Below are positions 25,736-37,734 of a DNA stretch of 64,000 bases, one piece after another. Numbering within the stretch: the first letter of the stretch is position 1; each line of letters begins with the position of its first letter. The stretch is from Utricularia gibba (Eukaryota; Plantae; Magnoliophyta): NCBI GenBank assembly GCA_002189035.1, contig CM007991.1, forward strand, positions 1,674,001 through 1,738,000, read 5' to 3'. The position numbers and the translations under genes are program-made. The notes under the pieces were generated by a model that had not been told where the DNA came from, made no database searches, and saw nothing but the letters and a program-made list of their open reading frames with translations.

Positions 25736-28700
25736 TCACTGAAAAAAAATAGAGACAAGAAAGCAATAAGAAATCTAGCTGCATCCAAGCTAACAATGTC
25801 TTGAGTGGATTTTGGAAAAGTAAAGGCAAAGACAAAAACTATCTCATAAATGAGAGGCCTTGAGAGTACATCCCGGAAGCTTCTAACAAGAACCCATCAT
25901 CAAGTACCTGAGGCTGCTGAGGAAACATTTGCTGCCCCTGTTGCGGAGGTGGTGGATAGTTACCATATCCAGGGTAGCCAGCATAGTACATACTTGGATC
26001 TTGTGGGGCAGAACCATATGCATAGGTTTCATAACCATGGGGGTAACCATAATATCCACCACCACTCCACTGGTCTTGCTCAGCCTGGGGCTGGAAAATC
26101 AGCATCGTTAAAAGTTCATTCCTGAGCATACATAAGAAAGTATGCAAAATAATAATGACGAACCGGTTTATTGGAAGGACTACGGCCCCAAGAGAGTCTA
26201 ATGCTCTGCCCTCCCAAAGGGGTTCCATTTAACATCCGCAACGCTTCTTCAGCGCAGCTTCTGCCATAACAAAAACAACAACAAAAATCAGATTACAGTT
26301 CAACAGCAATTATTTTGAGTCAGTTTCCGTTCAGTCTTCAATTACCTATCAGCAAATTGGACAAACCCACAGCGTTTACCAACAGGTATTTTCACATGAA
26401 GCAGTTGTCCATATTGCCCAAACACCTGTCTCAGATGGTCATCACTGACATTGGAATCCAAATTGCCAACAAATATCTGAAGGGAAAACGTAAAATCAGC
26501 TCAAATCTTCCCTTATCCCTCAATAACAGTTTATAAAAAGTTCCGGGACGACTATACTAACAGTTGTGTTTGAGGGGTCATCCTCAGCAAGGGCTCCTTG
26601 CGAGGTTTGATAAGAGGTAGCTGCACTCACAAGATATGAATATAATAGCATCCAAAAACCCGAACAATGCATTTTTAACTCAAAAATTCTCTTACGTAAA
26701 CTTCAGATAGAATAGGAAACTGGCACATGGAAAACGCATTATTTTTCAAGCTTCAACGAAGAAATTACACAAGGAAAGCCAAGCAAAAATTAAAAGGAGA
26801 TGTTAAATCATTCAGCGGCAGAGAGAGAAGGAAACTAACAAAGATATAAAAAGGTCAAAAATACTAAAATTTCAAGAAAAAATCCTAATGTTCGTTAGAA
26901 ACTGTTAAGCCACATAGAAAAACTATACTGAACACAAATGGTTCTGCGTACAAAAGCATCAGATTAATTTGGCATTAGCTCAGGTTTATGCTCACCCCAT
27001 GGTGCGAGGATTTGGGGACTGGAGATACATGCTATAATAAAGATAAAGAACTAGAGGGGGCTGGAGGACAAGTCAAATGGTTCAGTGAATGTAAACACGA
27101 ACTGAAAGCTGTATACAACAACCCACATGCTACAAGCACTGTTGTGCAATCTTCAGTGTCAGCACTCCTGGATATTCGATTCTAGTAGAAATACCGTATG
27201 ATTGTTCTGAGTGGTGGGTTGTTATACAAAACTTAATCACCAGGGAACGGGAAGACAGATATACAACGCAAAGAAGCAATGGCGGAAATACAGAAATTTA
27301 AAAAACAGGGAGGGGGAGAGGGGATTAAGTGAATGTACATCTGGTGTGGGCTCAAAATAGAAGGACTTAATGTAGAAAAGAACGATTAATTGCTCAAAAC
27401 GCAAATAAGCGCATAAATGAACTGACCTACGCACAACCACGGTTTAAAGGTTATCATTTCAGCTGAAATCAGCTCCAGGCCCCTATACATAAGAGCCTCC
27501 AGACGCCTGCTTTGAGACAACCGGAGTTTTTTATGAGATTATGTACACTAAGCAGTCTTAAACCTAAATTTGAAAGTACAGGAAGGTAGGGACTCTAAAA
27601 GGGTGCTCATCTTCAAGAGCTCAAAGAAAGCAACTTCCCAATAGAAATACTCAAAAACAAGCAACCAATCACTGAAACTGCCAAGTTAAGATATCATAGA
27701 ATCAGTAAAAGGGACAGAAAAATAAATTAAACCATGAGAAGTACCACCGTTCAATGCTCCAACAGTCAAAATGAAAAATTAATGACTCACCAACAGTAGC
27801 CTGCGCAGTCCCCTTTTGTTTGTTTGCAGCAAGACCGAGCCTCATGGGTCTAGTGGAACAAAATCTCCCATTCATCTCAGCAAGTGCGCGTATCTGTTCA
27901 CCTTCATCGCCAAACTTCACAAACCCATATCCTTTTGTCCGACCTGTCATTCTATCTGTTACGACCTTTGCACCCTTAACTGACTGATAGTTGGCCCTAA
28001 AGGTCTCTTGAAGCATATAATCAGTAACATCAGCGGCCAAGTCACCAACGAAAATCGTGTACTCAGGGCCATCATCGCGTTTTTCACCAGCACCCATCGA
28101 TGCCCAATTCATACGAAAAACTTGCTCAACATTTGGCATCAGAGTCCCATTGTATGCTTGCAGGTTCTTTTCTGCGGCTGCGTGACTAACGAATTCAATA
28201 AATCCATAACCCTCTGATTGACCAGTTTGCCTGTTACGAATTACTTTTGCAGAAACTACCTACAAGAAACAACAAACAAAATAGACAAGGCTTAGTTGAA
28301 AGGCCAACTAACGTAATCCTGTGCACAGCAATGCTTCAAAGCTCTATATCAACAGGAACTAAAATACTTCGTCATCACGGAAAACGAGCATGCAAAAAAA
28401 CAAAATAAAAGGAAAAGAAAAGAAAAAAAAATACAATTTGCATAATCAGCGATTTCCCTCATAAGGACACTGGAAGCAAAAAAAACGTCACCTCATTAAA
28501 CAATGGGTTCCTCATGAAAACAAAATAGATATCTCGAAAAATACAAAACGAAAAATAAAATGACAAAAAAAGCTTATTGAAAGCAACAAACTACAATCTA
28601 AAAGATGTCATTGAATCCCCGCCGAAAATCTCCATGAGCGAGAAATGAATTTCGGCAAACTTATGGACAGTAAGAAATGGAACCTCTCCGGTGGCAGCGA

Positions 28701-29010
28701 AACAATTATACAAATATTGCTCGTCCATCCAGTACTGCAGATCTCCGATCCACAAACTCCGAATCCCATCGTCCATCATTTGAACGTGACCCGTCTGCCC
28801 GACCCCATACTGCTGCGGTGGAGCCGCTCCCATCGGAGCCTGAGGAGGAGGCTGCTGATAGTAGTACCCTGCGGACGGCGGCATCTGAGGCGGCGGAACC
28901 TGGTATTGCGGTTGCGGAGGCTGCGGAGGCTGTTGCATCCATTGCTGCGACGGCTGCTGCTGCTGCGGGTACTGTGGCGGTGGAACCATAGACGACCCCG
29001 GCTGCATCAT
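25736..29010 (-). CDS. RBP45: Polyadenylate/RNA-binding protein RBP45-like (3 RRMs); exons 29010-28684, 28259-27791, 26620-26562, 26476-26346, 26260-26164, 26090-25908, stop at 25738-25736
   Basis: Q/P-rich N-terminus, RSLWIGDLQYWMDEQYL, EGYGFIEF, TIFVGDLAADV..KGYGFVKF, IFVGNLDSNV..RCGFVQF, IRLSWGRSP, Tyr/Gly-rich tail. All phases are consistent; the stop-only last coding exon is inferred. Confidence 0.95.
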
Positions 29011-29063
29011 CTTCGAAACGCTAGGATTCCGACCGAAGCCTGGAGAACAAGTCGCGATGGGGT

Positions 29064-29193
29064 AAACCCTAACCCGATAGAATTTCGGACTGTTTTATTC
29101 AACCAACCCCGCAGGCCTTGAAAGAAAGGTAATAGCAATTACACGCTTTTTAAAAAAACAAAAGCCCAACTTATTGGGCCTGACCGAGGCCCA
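29064..29193. promoter_or_regulatory. Telo-box plus site II elements in the short divergent RBP45/VPS28 promoter
   Basis: AAACCCTAA at 29064-29072; AGCCCA 29163-29168, TGGGCC 29175-29180, GGCCCA 29188-29193. This pairing is typical of plant housekeeping promoters. Confidence 0.6.
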
Positions 29194-29954
29194 AATCCAT
29201 TTGATTCGGACATTGACTTCCCGCTCATTGACCAGTGATTTTAATTTTTAAAGATACTGATTTAATATAAATATGGGTCACTTTTGTAATTGGTATGTAT
29301 CAGAATTGGAAATATGATTAGAAGAAGGACCAAATTGTAATATTGGGAAACGGAAAGCTGAAGGAAGAAGGGGCCGTGGGAGATCGGCACACGCAAACTC
29401 AGACTGCTGCCTCTTTTCTTCCTGCTGCAACACTCTTCCCATCATTCAAAGCCGTAAGCGGACCTTCTCATCTCATATTATATTAATATATTTTTGTCCT
29501 ACTTGTTGATTCCATCGATTATTGTTTTGGTTTCCTTGGTTTTTAATTTTATCTTCCAACCCTTCTTCTTGGCAAGTCATGACTGCCTGTTGATTGAGGT
29601 ATGTTTTCATCTGGAAACGGGTGGAAGCTTGCGGGGTTGGGTTAGATTCGTCGTTTTTTCATGCTTTTTCTCCGTTTTGGATTAGGAGTATATGATGTAT
29701 TTGAAGGCATTGCAAGAAAGCTTGGATTTTGATTCTCAGATTGTTTGATGGATTCTTTTTGGTTATTGATGGGTTATTGTATTATTTTCTTGGTGGGTTT
29801 GGATCATCTTCCTTCACAAAGGATGTGTATGAATTGTATGTCTTGAATTGGTGGTTGCAACTAAGTTAAGGGTTTTCTGTTGTTTGATTTGCAGTTTGGG
29901 GTCTTTGTTCTCTTTGCGCGTGTCCCGTGCTCTTCTCCAGTTAAGTTTTTGTAG

Positions 29955-30584
29955 ATGGAGGTTAAGCTCTGGAATGACAAGCGTGAAAGAGAGATGTATG
30001 AGAATTTTGCTGAGCTTTTTGCTATAATCAAAGCGACGGAGAAGCTCGAGAGGGCTTATGTTCGGGATATTATTTCTCCAGGGGAGTATGAAACCGAGTG
30101 CCAGAAGCTAATTGCACATTTTAAGACCCTTTCGACGACATTAAAAGACATCATTCCTAGCACACAACATTTTCATGACACATATAGAATGGACTGTCCT
30201 GCTGCCCTGAATCGTCTTGTGACATCCGGGGTTCCTGCAACTGTTGAGCATAGGACAGCTGCTGCTGTTTCATCCACAGCATCAGCTGCTATAGTGGCTG
30301 AATGTGTGCAGAACTATATCACAGCGATGGACTCACTGAAGCTAAACATGGTTGCTGTTGATCAGGTCCAGCCTCTGCTGTTTGATCTTTCAGGTTCTCT
30401 CAATAAGCTCTCGTTATTGCCACCTGATTTCGAGGGCAAGACAAAGATGAGAGAATGGATTGGGAGGCTATCGAAAATGGTTGCTTCGGATGAGCTGACT
30501 GAGCAGCAGGCACGGCAACTACTCTTCGATTTGGATGTGTCTTATAACTCCTTCATGGCGCTTCTTCCGACTATTGGCAATTGA
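29955..30584 (+). CDS. VPS28: ESCRT-I subunit VPS28 (209 aa, single coding exon)
   Basis: MEVKLWNDKREREMYENFAELFAIIKATEKLERAYVRD...ITAMDSLKLNMVAVDQVQPLL...QQARQLLFDLDVSYNSF. Confidence 0.97.
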   Translation: MEVKLWNDKREREMYENFAELFAIIKATEKLERAYVRDIISPGEYETECQKLIAHFKTLSTTLKDIIPSTQHFHDTYRMDCPAALNRLVTSGVPATVEHRTAAAVSSTASAAIVAECVQNYITAMDSLKLNMVAVDQVQPLLFDLSGSLNKLSLLPPDFEGKTKMREWIGRLSKMVASDELTEQQARQLLFDLDVSYNSFMALLPTIGN

Positions 30585-31157
30585 AATTGCTGGCTTTTGT
30601 GTGAGACTTGGATGGATGGCCATAGTATTTACCCTTTGTTGAGAACATGTATGTGGTGGTCACTCCCTCATGCAGCTAGAAGCTTTTTGCAATGCAAAAT
30701 TCCTCAAGGTCTCATTCTGCTTGTTTCCCTGGTTACATTGGTACGAATTTTGAAACTTCTGATATTCTCTGGCGAAACCAGCATGCTACTTACTATGCTT
30801 GTACTTTGGTGCTCGACTAATGTGTCCATTTGATAACTAGCCGAGGCTATGCGTTTCTATTCCCTGTATCAAACACCCCTGCTCTCTTGAAACACTGATG
30901 TTCATGCTATTATTAGCCGCAGCTTCCAATATGTTAAAGCAGAGAACAAGTGAGCGCATGAAGATTAAACTTTCAAGGCAACAAACCTAAACAGAGTGAA
31001 CTCTGTTTTGCTAACGTTAAGCTCTTACAAGGAAACTGATGTTGGTTTCCCCCCCCCAAAAAAACCTAAGGAAATGAATATAAATGTCATCTAAATCATT
31101 AAGTGTTACATTGCCCAAAGGCTGTGTGTACATAACCATATTCAATGGGCAAGATCA

Positions 31158-31224
31158 GTCAATACCCGCACCTAATTGGCCATTTTCTCCAGCTCCTGCA
31201 TTTTCCCAAAGGTGCGCTCTTGAC
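31158..31224 (-). promoter_or_regulatory. Paired 3'UTR motifs of HD-ZIP IV genes forming a stem-loop
   Basis: mRNA-sense GUCAAGAGCGCACC (31224-31211) and GGUGCGGGUAUUGAC (31172-31158) pair as 5 bp plus 6 bp around an internal loop. They resemble the conserved paired 3'UTR motifs known from HD-ZIP IV genes. Confidence 0.75.
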
Positions 31225-31361
31225 AGCTTCCCAAGTACACACAGTACTCAGTCATTACCTAGTAACCTGAACATCAAGGGATTTACAGGTTGAGAACAGA
31301 GTCAAGTTGTCAACAATGGAGCAACATGAAGTTACAAAGTCACCTAAAAGAACAATTGTGG

Positions 31362-34276
31362 TCATTGCTGCCCTTCACAGAGCACTGCCCCTTTGATCCT
31401 TTCGACTGTACACTTGATCAAGCTATTGACAGTAGCCACTGATCCTAAAGAGAGCTTAGCCGTCGGAACTGAGTCGACAAGAATCTGGAATGCCACGGTC
31501 AGCAGTGATCCGCCGGATCCGACGTCTGGGATTCCGCCTATGTTTATGTCATACAATCTCAGATCAGATAATGCCAGTTTTAGTGTTAGCCAATGCAAGG
31601 AGAAGAACGCTGAGCACCTGATTGGTTGTTCGGCCCATCGGGAAGTATGGCAAAGCCGGACGGCAAAAGAGCGACGTAGTCTGGATCACCACCACTGAGG
31701 ACAACATTCATTGCTACTATATCGACCGGAGCGTAGATGACGTAAGAGCCTGTTGAGTCTGTGCAGCTTTCTTGCAAGATCAGCATGTTGCTCTGGCTCG
31801 AGTTTGCACTCTGACACAAGTCCTTGATCAGTACGAAGTTTGAATGTCACCAAGACTAAAGCTTCTTACATTGACTCGAAGAAGGGAGACAGCGTTGCCG
31901 GGATCACGGCCGTTAGCGATGTGCGCCATTTCTTGAACTAATCCACCGTTGGAAAGAATGTCCCACTTCACACACAATAGCAAGCTTGAGATTTCTTTCA
32001 AAGGGAATGTGAATCCTACGGGAAATCTAATCTCTATACGCACCTCGCTTCGAGAGTTCTCATCACGGAGGAAGTCGAAGACGCGTTTCGGTGGAATGGG
32101 CAGCCAAAAGGAAGTCGCAGCGCTGAGGACGATGCCCGGAGGCCGGCCAGGATCATCCATGCTTTTCCTGGTCATTACGCGAACATCATCGGCACCACTA
32201 CCTGATAAGGTTGTCCATGTATGTGCTGTCGAAGCTCCGACGCCAGTGCAGAAACTAACCACCATTCTTTCCGCCAGCTTTAGCATGCTCTTCCTTCCCT
32301 CCGGCGAGGAGATCACTGCATTTTCAAACAAAACATGTTACAAGTTGCTCTGCACCTGTAACGCTGATTGTAACAGATTTAACCTCCAACGTCGCCGGCA
32401 GATATGTTGTTGGCCATCACACTGGCGAGGCGCTCGCATTGCCGGTCAAGAGTCGCCACCCACCGCCGTGCACCGAAGGCCAAGCCAGAGTTCACAAGTG
32501 GTTTGTAGATAGTGTGCACAGCTCTGTCATCAACTTCAACATGTTCAACACAAGTAACCTACAAAAAAAAAAAACACGAAATTCTTCAGAGGTAAGCTCT
32601 GCATCAACCCATTACTGCTGCTATGTAGCCAAACCTTGGAATAGCCATTTGGGAGTTCTTGAATCAGATAGCCTGAAGGTCTTCTTCTGCATCTGGATAT
32701 CGAAGTTGGCCGTAAGCTGTCCAGGGAGACATCAACCACGGCCCATGTTCCATCGGTGTGTTGCTTGCAGTATCTTACGAAGTAATTCTCTCTAGTAGGG
32801 ACGAGTGGCGACGGTACTTGAAATTCTGCTGTCATCTGCAGAAAAGATGCAGCAAGATTTACTAACGAAATATGATCCTGCTTCCGTGCTTCTGTTTATG
32901 GATCTGAATCTTACCACTTGGAGGGCTCCATGATAGTTGCCTGCTACTCCTGTTGAGAGAACTTCAAGAGTCATTGCTCTTGAAACAATGCTTGAAAACA
33001 CGCTAGACCACTGATTCTGCATCACAGAGCATTCCCAGTTAGAATACACGAGTTCAAAACAAATTGCTCTAACACCTCCATTCTTACCACATCCATGAGA
33101 ATTTCAACAAGGTTCACGTGATTCATTATAACCACTGCAGATTCACGGGAAGCTTCTGATTTCAGGCCTAAAGTTTTCGGCCCGATCCCACGAGGGAAGA
33201 TGCGAAAATACTCTTCCTCTGCAAGTGTTTCGGATGGACTGTCTGGGTTAGTAATCCAGAGAGGATCTCCGGCTTGAGCCATTCTTATCAGCTCCTCCAT
33301 TGCAGTTACTGCTAGTTCGATAATCGCTGGTTTGTCGGCGTCACTCGGACCCGACACCGACCTTAGAAGATCAGAGGCCCCGTAAATCTCCCCTGTCAAG
33401 CCGGATTGCGCCCCGAAACTTCCAACTCCGAGATCATTTGAACGTGAACTCCCAGGAGGAAGATGAGGAAATGTTAGCGCCTGTTTGCCTACGTACTTCG
33501 CAGCTATACCTGATATCTTATCAATCTGCCCAACGCACTCAGTGTCAGAAAAGAACACGCAGACCCTTGTTCTGAATCCCGAACAAAGTATATGCAAACA
33601 TACCTCTTCTCTTAGACGAGAATTCTCAATCCGAAGATGCTGCTCGTCGAATGACATTTCTCCGATTGCAGCAGGACCGCCGCAGTTGGGACAAGTTGCA
33701 TTGCTTAATGCTTCTTTGTAACGTATGTTCTCAGCTCTCAGCTTCTCATTCTCGTTCCTTAGCTGTGTATTCTCATGCCGCTCATGTTGAGCCTGTCGCA
33801 TGGAACTTTGCTTACAGTCCATATCTCAAAAGCATGGCACTACTGCTTCATTAATAGTATTTACCTTCATTTGTGTTCTCTTGTTTTGAAACCAGAACTT
33901 GACTTGCAGTGGCTCCAATCCCAGCCTCCTCCCAAGCTCCTTCCTCTGCTTGTCATCAGGATGCGGACATTCTTTGAAAAATCTACAGAACAAAGTTTGT
34001 TGGAAACAATGGCAGAAAACCACTTGCAGAGATGAGATGCGGAGGAGCGTACGATTCCATCTCTTGAATTTGATGCTGAGTGTGGCGATGGTAGCGCTTC
34101 TTCTTGGCCCGTTGATCGGGGTCCTGATCGTCGCCAGAAGCGTTTTCATTAATGTCCGTGCCGGATTTACTCTCGTACTCATCTTCTCTAATCAGGTCCA
34201 GTTCATTTTCCGGCGACTTATGGCCGCCGCCGGAGATATCAAGTAGATGGTGGTCAAACATATTCTGCTGAAACAT
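31362..34276 (-). CDS. PDF2: HD-ZIP IV homeobox-START protein, ATML1/PDF2-type; 11 coding exons 34276-34053, 33982-33865, 33792-33604, 33525-33088, 33016-32915, 32835-32635, 32558-32384, 32315-32044, 31965-31870, 31810-31618, 31537-31362
   Basis: Homeodomain [18 protein letters not shown]|[16 protein letters not shown]...[26 protein letters not shown] ([16 protein letters not shown]), C-terminal [29 protein letters not shown]. All phases are consistent. Cannot distinguish PDF2 from ATML1 orthology. Confidence 0.96.
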
Positions 34277-34884
34277 TTTCAGTATTGTTTCCTTTTCACT
34301 CCGGCCGCACCCGCCGCCGACGCTGCAAATTTTTACCCTGATTTGCAAACAAAAAACAAAAACAGCAAGATTATTGAGTACAGTGGTCATCAATAAAGGG
34401 CAAAACAATGCAATTAAGAATGTCTGAAACCGAGGCATGGGGAGGAGGCAGTAAGATAATTGAATGCAGATCGGATTTCCATGGCTTTTACTCAGACTCT
34501 CACTGTGATCATTTCTTCACCTCTTTACATCATCATTAATCAAAACAAACACCCTCGTTCATTACTACACGCGTCGGCAACCAAAACGAAACACCAAAAA
34601 TCAAACCTGAATCATCAACCATTGAGCAGTCAGATAGATATTCACGACCAAAACGCCAGCAACAAGCTTCCCAATCCCTCTGCCGACCTCTCTGAACCCA
34701 GAAAAACAGTTAATCAAGGTCCAGAACAAACCCCAGAGATCTGCGTCTTCTTTCTGGAAAAAAGGCTACAGAGAAGAAGGGAAGGAGGTGCTGCCGCTGG
34801 AGATGGCTGAAGATGGCGATGCATACACAATGCTGTGGTGTAAGTAGGAAGAGACAGAGGGAGGAAGAGGAAGAGGGAGTGGAG

Positions 34885-34892
34885 TAAATGCA
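34885..34892 (+). promoter_or_regulatory. L1 box (TAAATGCA) upstream of the ATML1/PDF2-type gene
   Basis: Exact TAAATGCA at 34885-34892, near the inferred promoter. A near-copy (TAAATGCG, minus strand, about 34915-34922) and CATTAATG (about 34952-34959) lie close by. Confidence 0.65.
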
Positions 34893-37734
34893 GAGCGCAT
34901 CGAGAGGGTGCATTCGCATTTATGGCAGTTTATTGCTGGGGAAAGCCAAGCGGGTTTGAATCATTAATGTATCAGAGATGATCCGATCCCAGACCTCTTG
35001 GCTACTCCATTTATTTATTCTCATAAATATTTATTCCCATAAATTACCATTTTAAATCCATATTATTTGCATAACACTTACTCTTATTCTCCTTATTCAT
35101 TAATCCCTCAGAATAAATTTCTTACTTTAAATAATGGTGTATTTCAATTATTTCTCTTTAAATAAATACATATTACATAATTATTTGATAAACATGTATT
35201 TAAAATACCTTAATGCTTAATGTATGTATTTTAAAAACATTTGAAAAATTAAAATTTTATCAAATAATATAATTCTCAGTATATATCCAAGAAAATGAGT
35301 TTTAGAGATATGATTTTGGTAAAATAAAAATTGAAATTATACTATTTTTTAAAATTTAATTATAACGTATATGATGAAGATGAATTAAAAATTTGATCAT
35401 GTATCAGACATTGCATGAAAAAAATACCGTATTTAGTTTTGAAGAATATGACAATGGCCACTTTTATGATATTATCGAATACATGATACGAATTTCAAAT
35501 TTAACTAAATGAATGTTTTGGAAAATTTTTAAAATATATTTCTATTTTTCAAAAGTAAAAATAATTTTGTTCTATAACATTTTTAATTATAAAAGTAATT
35601 CTATTAAAAATATTTTTAAAATTATAACTATAAAAAATTTTATGGAAAAATAAATAATTGATTACTTTTACTTTTTTAATTTTATTTTTCAAAATTATTT
35701 TTGAAAAAATAAAAACAATTTTAAAAAATTTTCCAGGATTAAAACTAATGTTATCCGGTGTATAAACTCATGTGACTCGAAACCCACATGGTTTCTCCGA
35801 GCCCACGGACAACTGCCCTTTCTTTTACGAATCGAAGGCACCAAGAACTGAGGGTGGACACAGTTGTCCGAAAGCGTACCGCATTCTTGTTTAGGAATAT
35901 GAATGGGCATCAAACACGGGCACTCCTCGTCCGAGTAGCAGTAGGAAGGTGATGAGTTATGTGAGGGGGAAGGAAATGATAGTTCCATGATCAAAGAGAT
36001 GCCTTGTTTTTTGTAGCAGGGCAGTGCTTGTACTGAGCAGCAGAACCCCCAAATCCCCCTTCCCCTCGCATCATTGCAATAAATTTCCGTAGGTCTCCAA
36101 AAGCAAGGAGGTGGACGATCGTGCACAGCATCACAGCATTGAATGAATGTCTGAACCGAACCGTCCGAGCGTATTCATTGCCATTGAATTCCCATTAGGG
36201 TCATTCAATGTCTGTGCTCTTTTGTAATACCCACCCCAAACGCACTCATCTATTCACAAAACGACGTCCCCGGAAAAAGAGAGGAGTAGTAGTAGTAGGA
36301 GATGGTGAAATACTGCTGAGCTGCTCACTGCTGCAATGTGAAGAAAAAAAAGGGGGAAAAAGACTAACTGGGCGAGATTCTGTTTCGTTGATCGGATCGA
36401 GGCTGAGCTCTGTCGTCGAAGAGGAGATAGTTTCATCTCCTCACTGGAAATTCCTGATCCTTTTAACTGCGATTCCTGATGCAGAGCTCCAGTGTGATTC
36501 AAACGTGGAAGCATGGAAACCCCCTGTTCGAATATAAGTAACTTACTACGGGTAAAAAAAATTGATTGAATGGTAAATAAGTAATTTACTATAAAATTGA
36601 CATGGTAAAATGGTACGTCATTCGGACCAACATTAGGTATCCGTGTCCACTTAGTATACGACAGTATTTTAAAATTCGAATTCATAATTCTTATAAAAAA
36701 CTTTTGAAATTTATGGATATTAAATGTAGATCATTATTTTATTTGTTAGCAATATATTTACTTTATTGTCACTGTATTTTTTTAAACGAGTTTCAGGCCG
36801 TCAAAATTACAAATTTAGGCCTCCATTGCTTGTGGGCCGTGGGCGCCCGTCACACACATTCTTATGTCCCTGCAATTTTTTTTGAAATAACATATGATTC
36901 ATTTTGAAATTATTTTTTAAAAAAATAACAATAACAATAACAATAATCTTGTAGTGCATAAAAACTAATGCGCATTTTGGTAACCGTCGTTGGTGTCTGC
37001 AAATTCGGTTGACTGCTTGGAACATTTACCCATGCGTTTTACAGTTTTACAGTGGATGAGGATGAGGGGGGTGACAGTAAGAGGCAGGCAGCCCCTTATT
37101 CAATGTGGTAATTAAAGTTACTGGTCCTACACTTTGAATTCCTACCAAAGTTATTCGGATGGATGAAAAGCAGCCATGGCTGCGGTGAAAATCATAGGAC
37201 CTTAGTGTATGTGACAAAAAAGATTATCTTTAATATTTTATTTTACTATTTGGGTAAATGATTGGGTTCTTCAATTTCTGTACTGTTTTTGCATGCTGTA
37301 CAAAACATTATTACTGCCAAAAAGAAAATTCGACTATTTTATTATATTAATTTCCTGTCATTAATTATTATTTTGGTTAATTTTAAGAAGGGAAGAACAC
37401 AACATTTATTTGGGTCCCGTCCCCGTGACTAGCCAAAGGAGGAACAAAGAACATGTGGAGGACAATCATTGGCTGTAAATAATGCAGTGCAATAAATCGT
37501 ATAGTAAATATGGACGTTTTTTTTATTCTTTTTTCTTTTTTTGCATGCACCTCAATAAATATGACCAATTATTTGAGAACACGTCAGAAAATGATTTCCG
37601 ATTTTAATAAATAGTTATGAATAATAAATAAATGAGGATTAATTAAACGCTTAATTATTATTTAAATAAAAAGCCCCACAAACAGAAGACCTCTTTACAA
37701 AGGACCATCGCAAGTAAACAAATCTGAAGTCATC

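Noticed and set aside
28140-28200. Apparent frameshift in RBP45 exon 2
   Set aside because: On re-reading the bases the exon translates cleanly (AAAEKNLQAYNGTLMPN) and its 469-nt length fits the phases; no lesion.
33983-34438. N-terminal extensions in the ORF track (HD-ZIP IV from 34438, OST3 from 41198, ABC1K from 1602)
   Set aside because: They read through 5'UTR or intron sequence; family-typical starts lie at 34276, 41075 and 1509.
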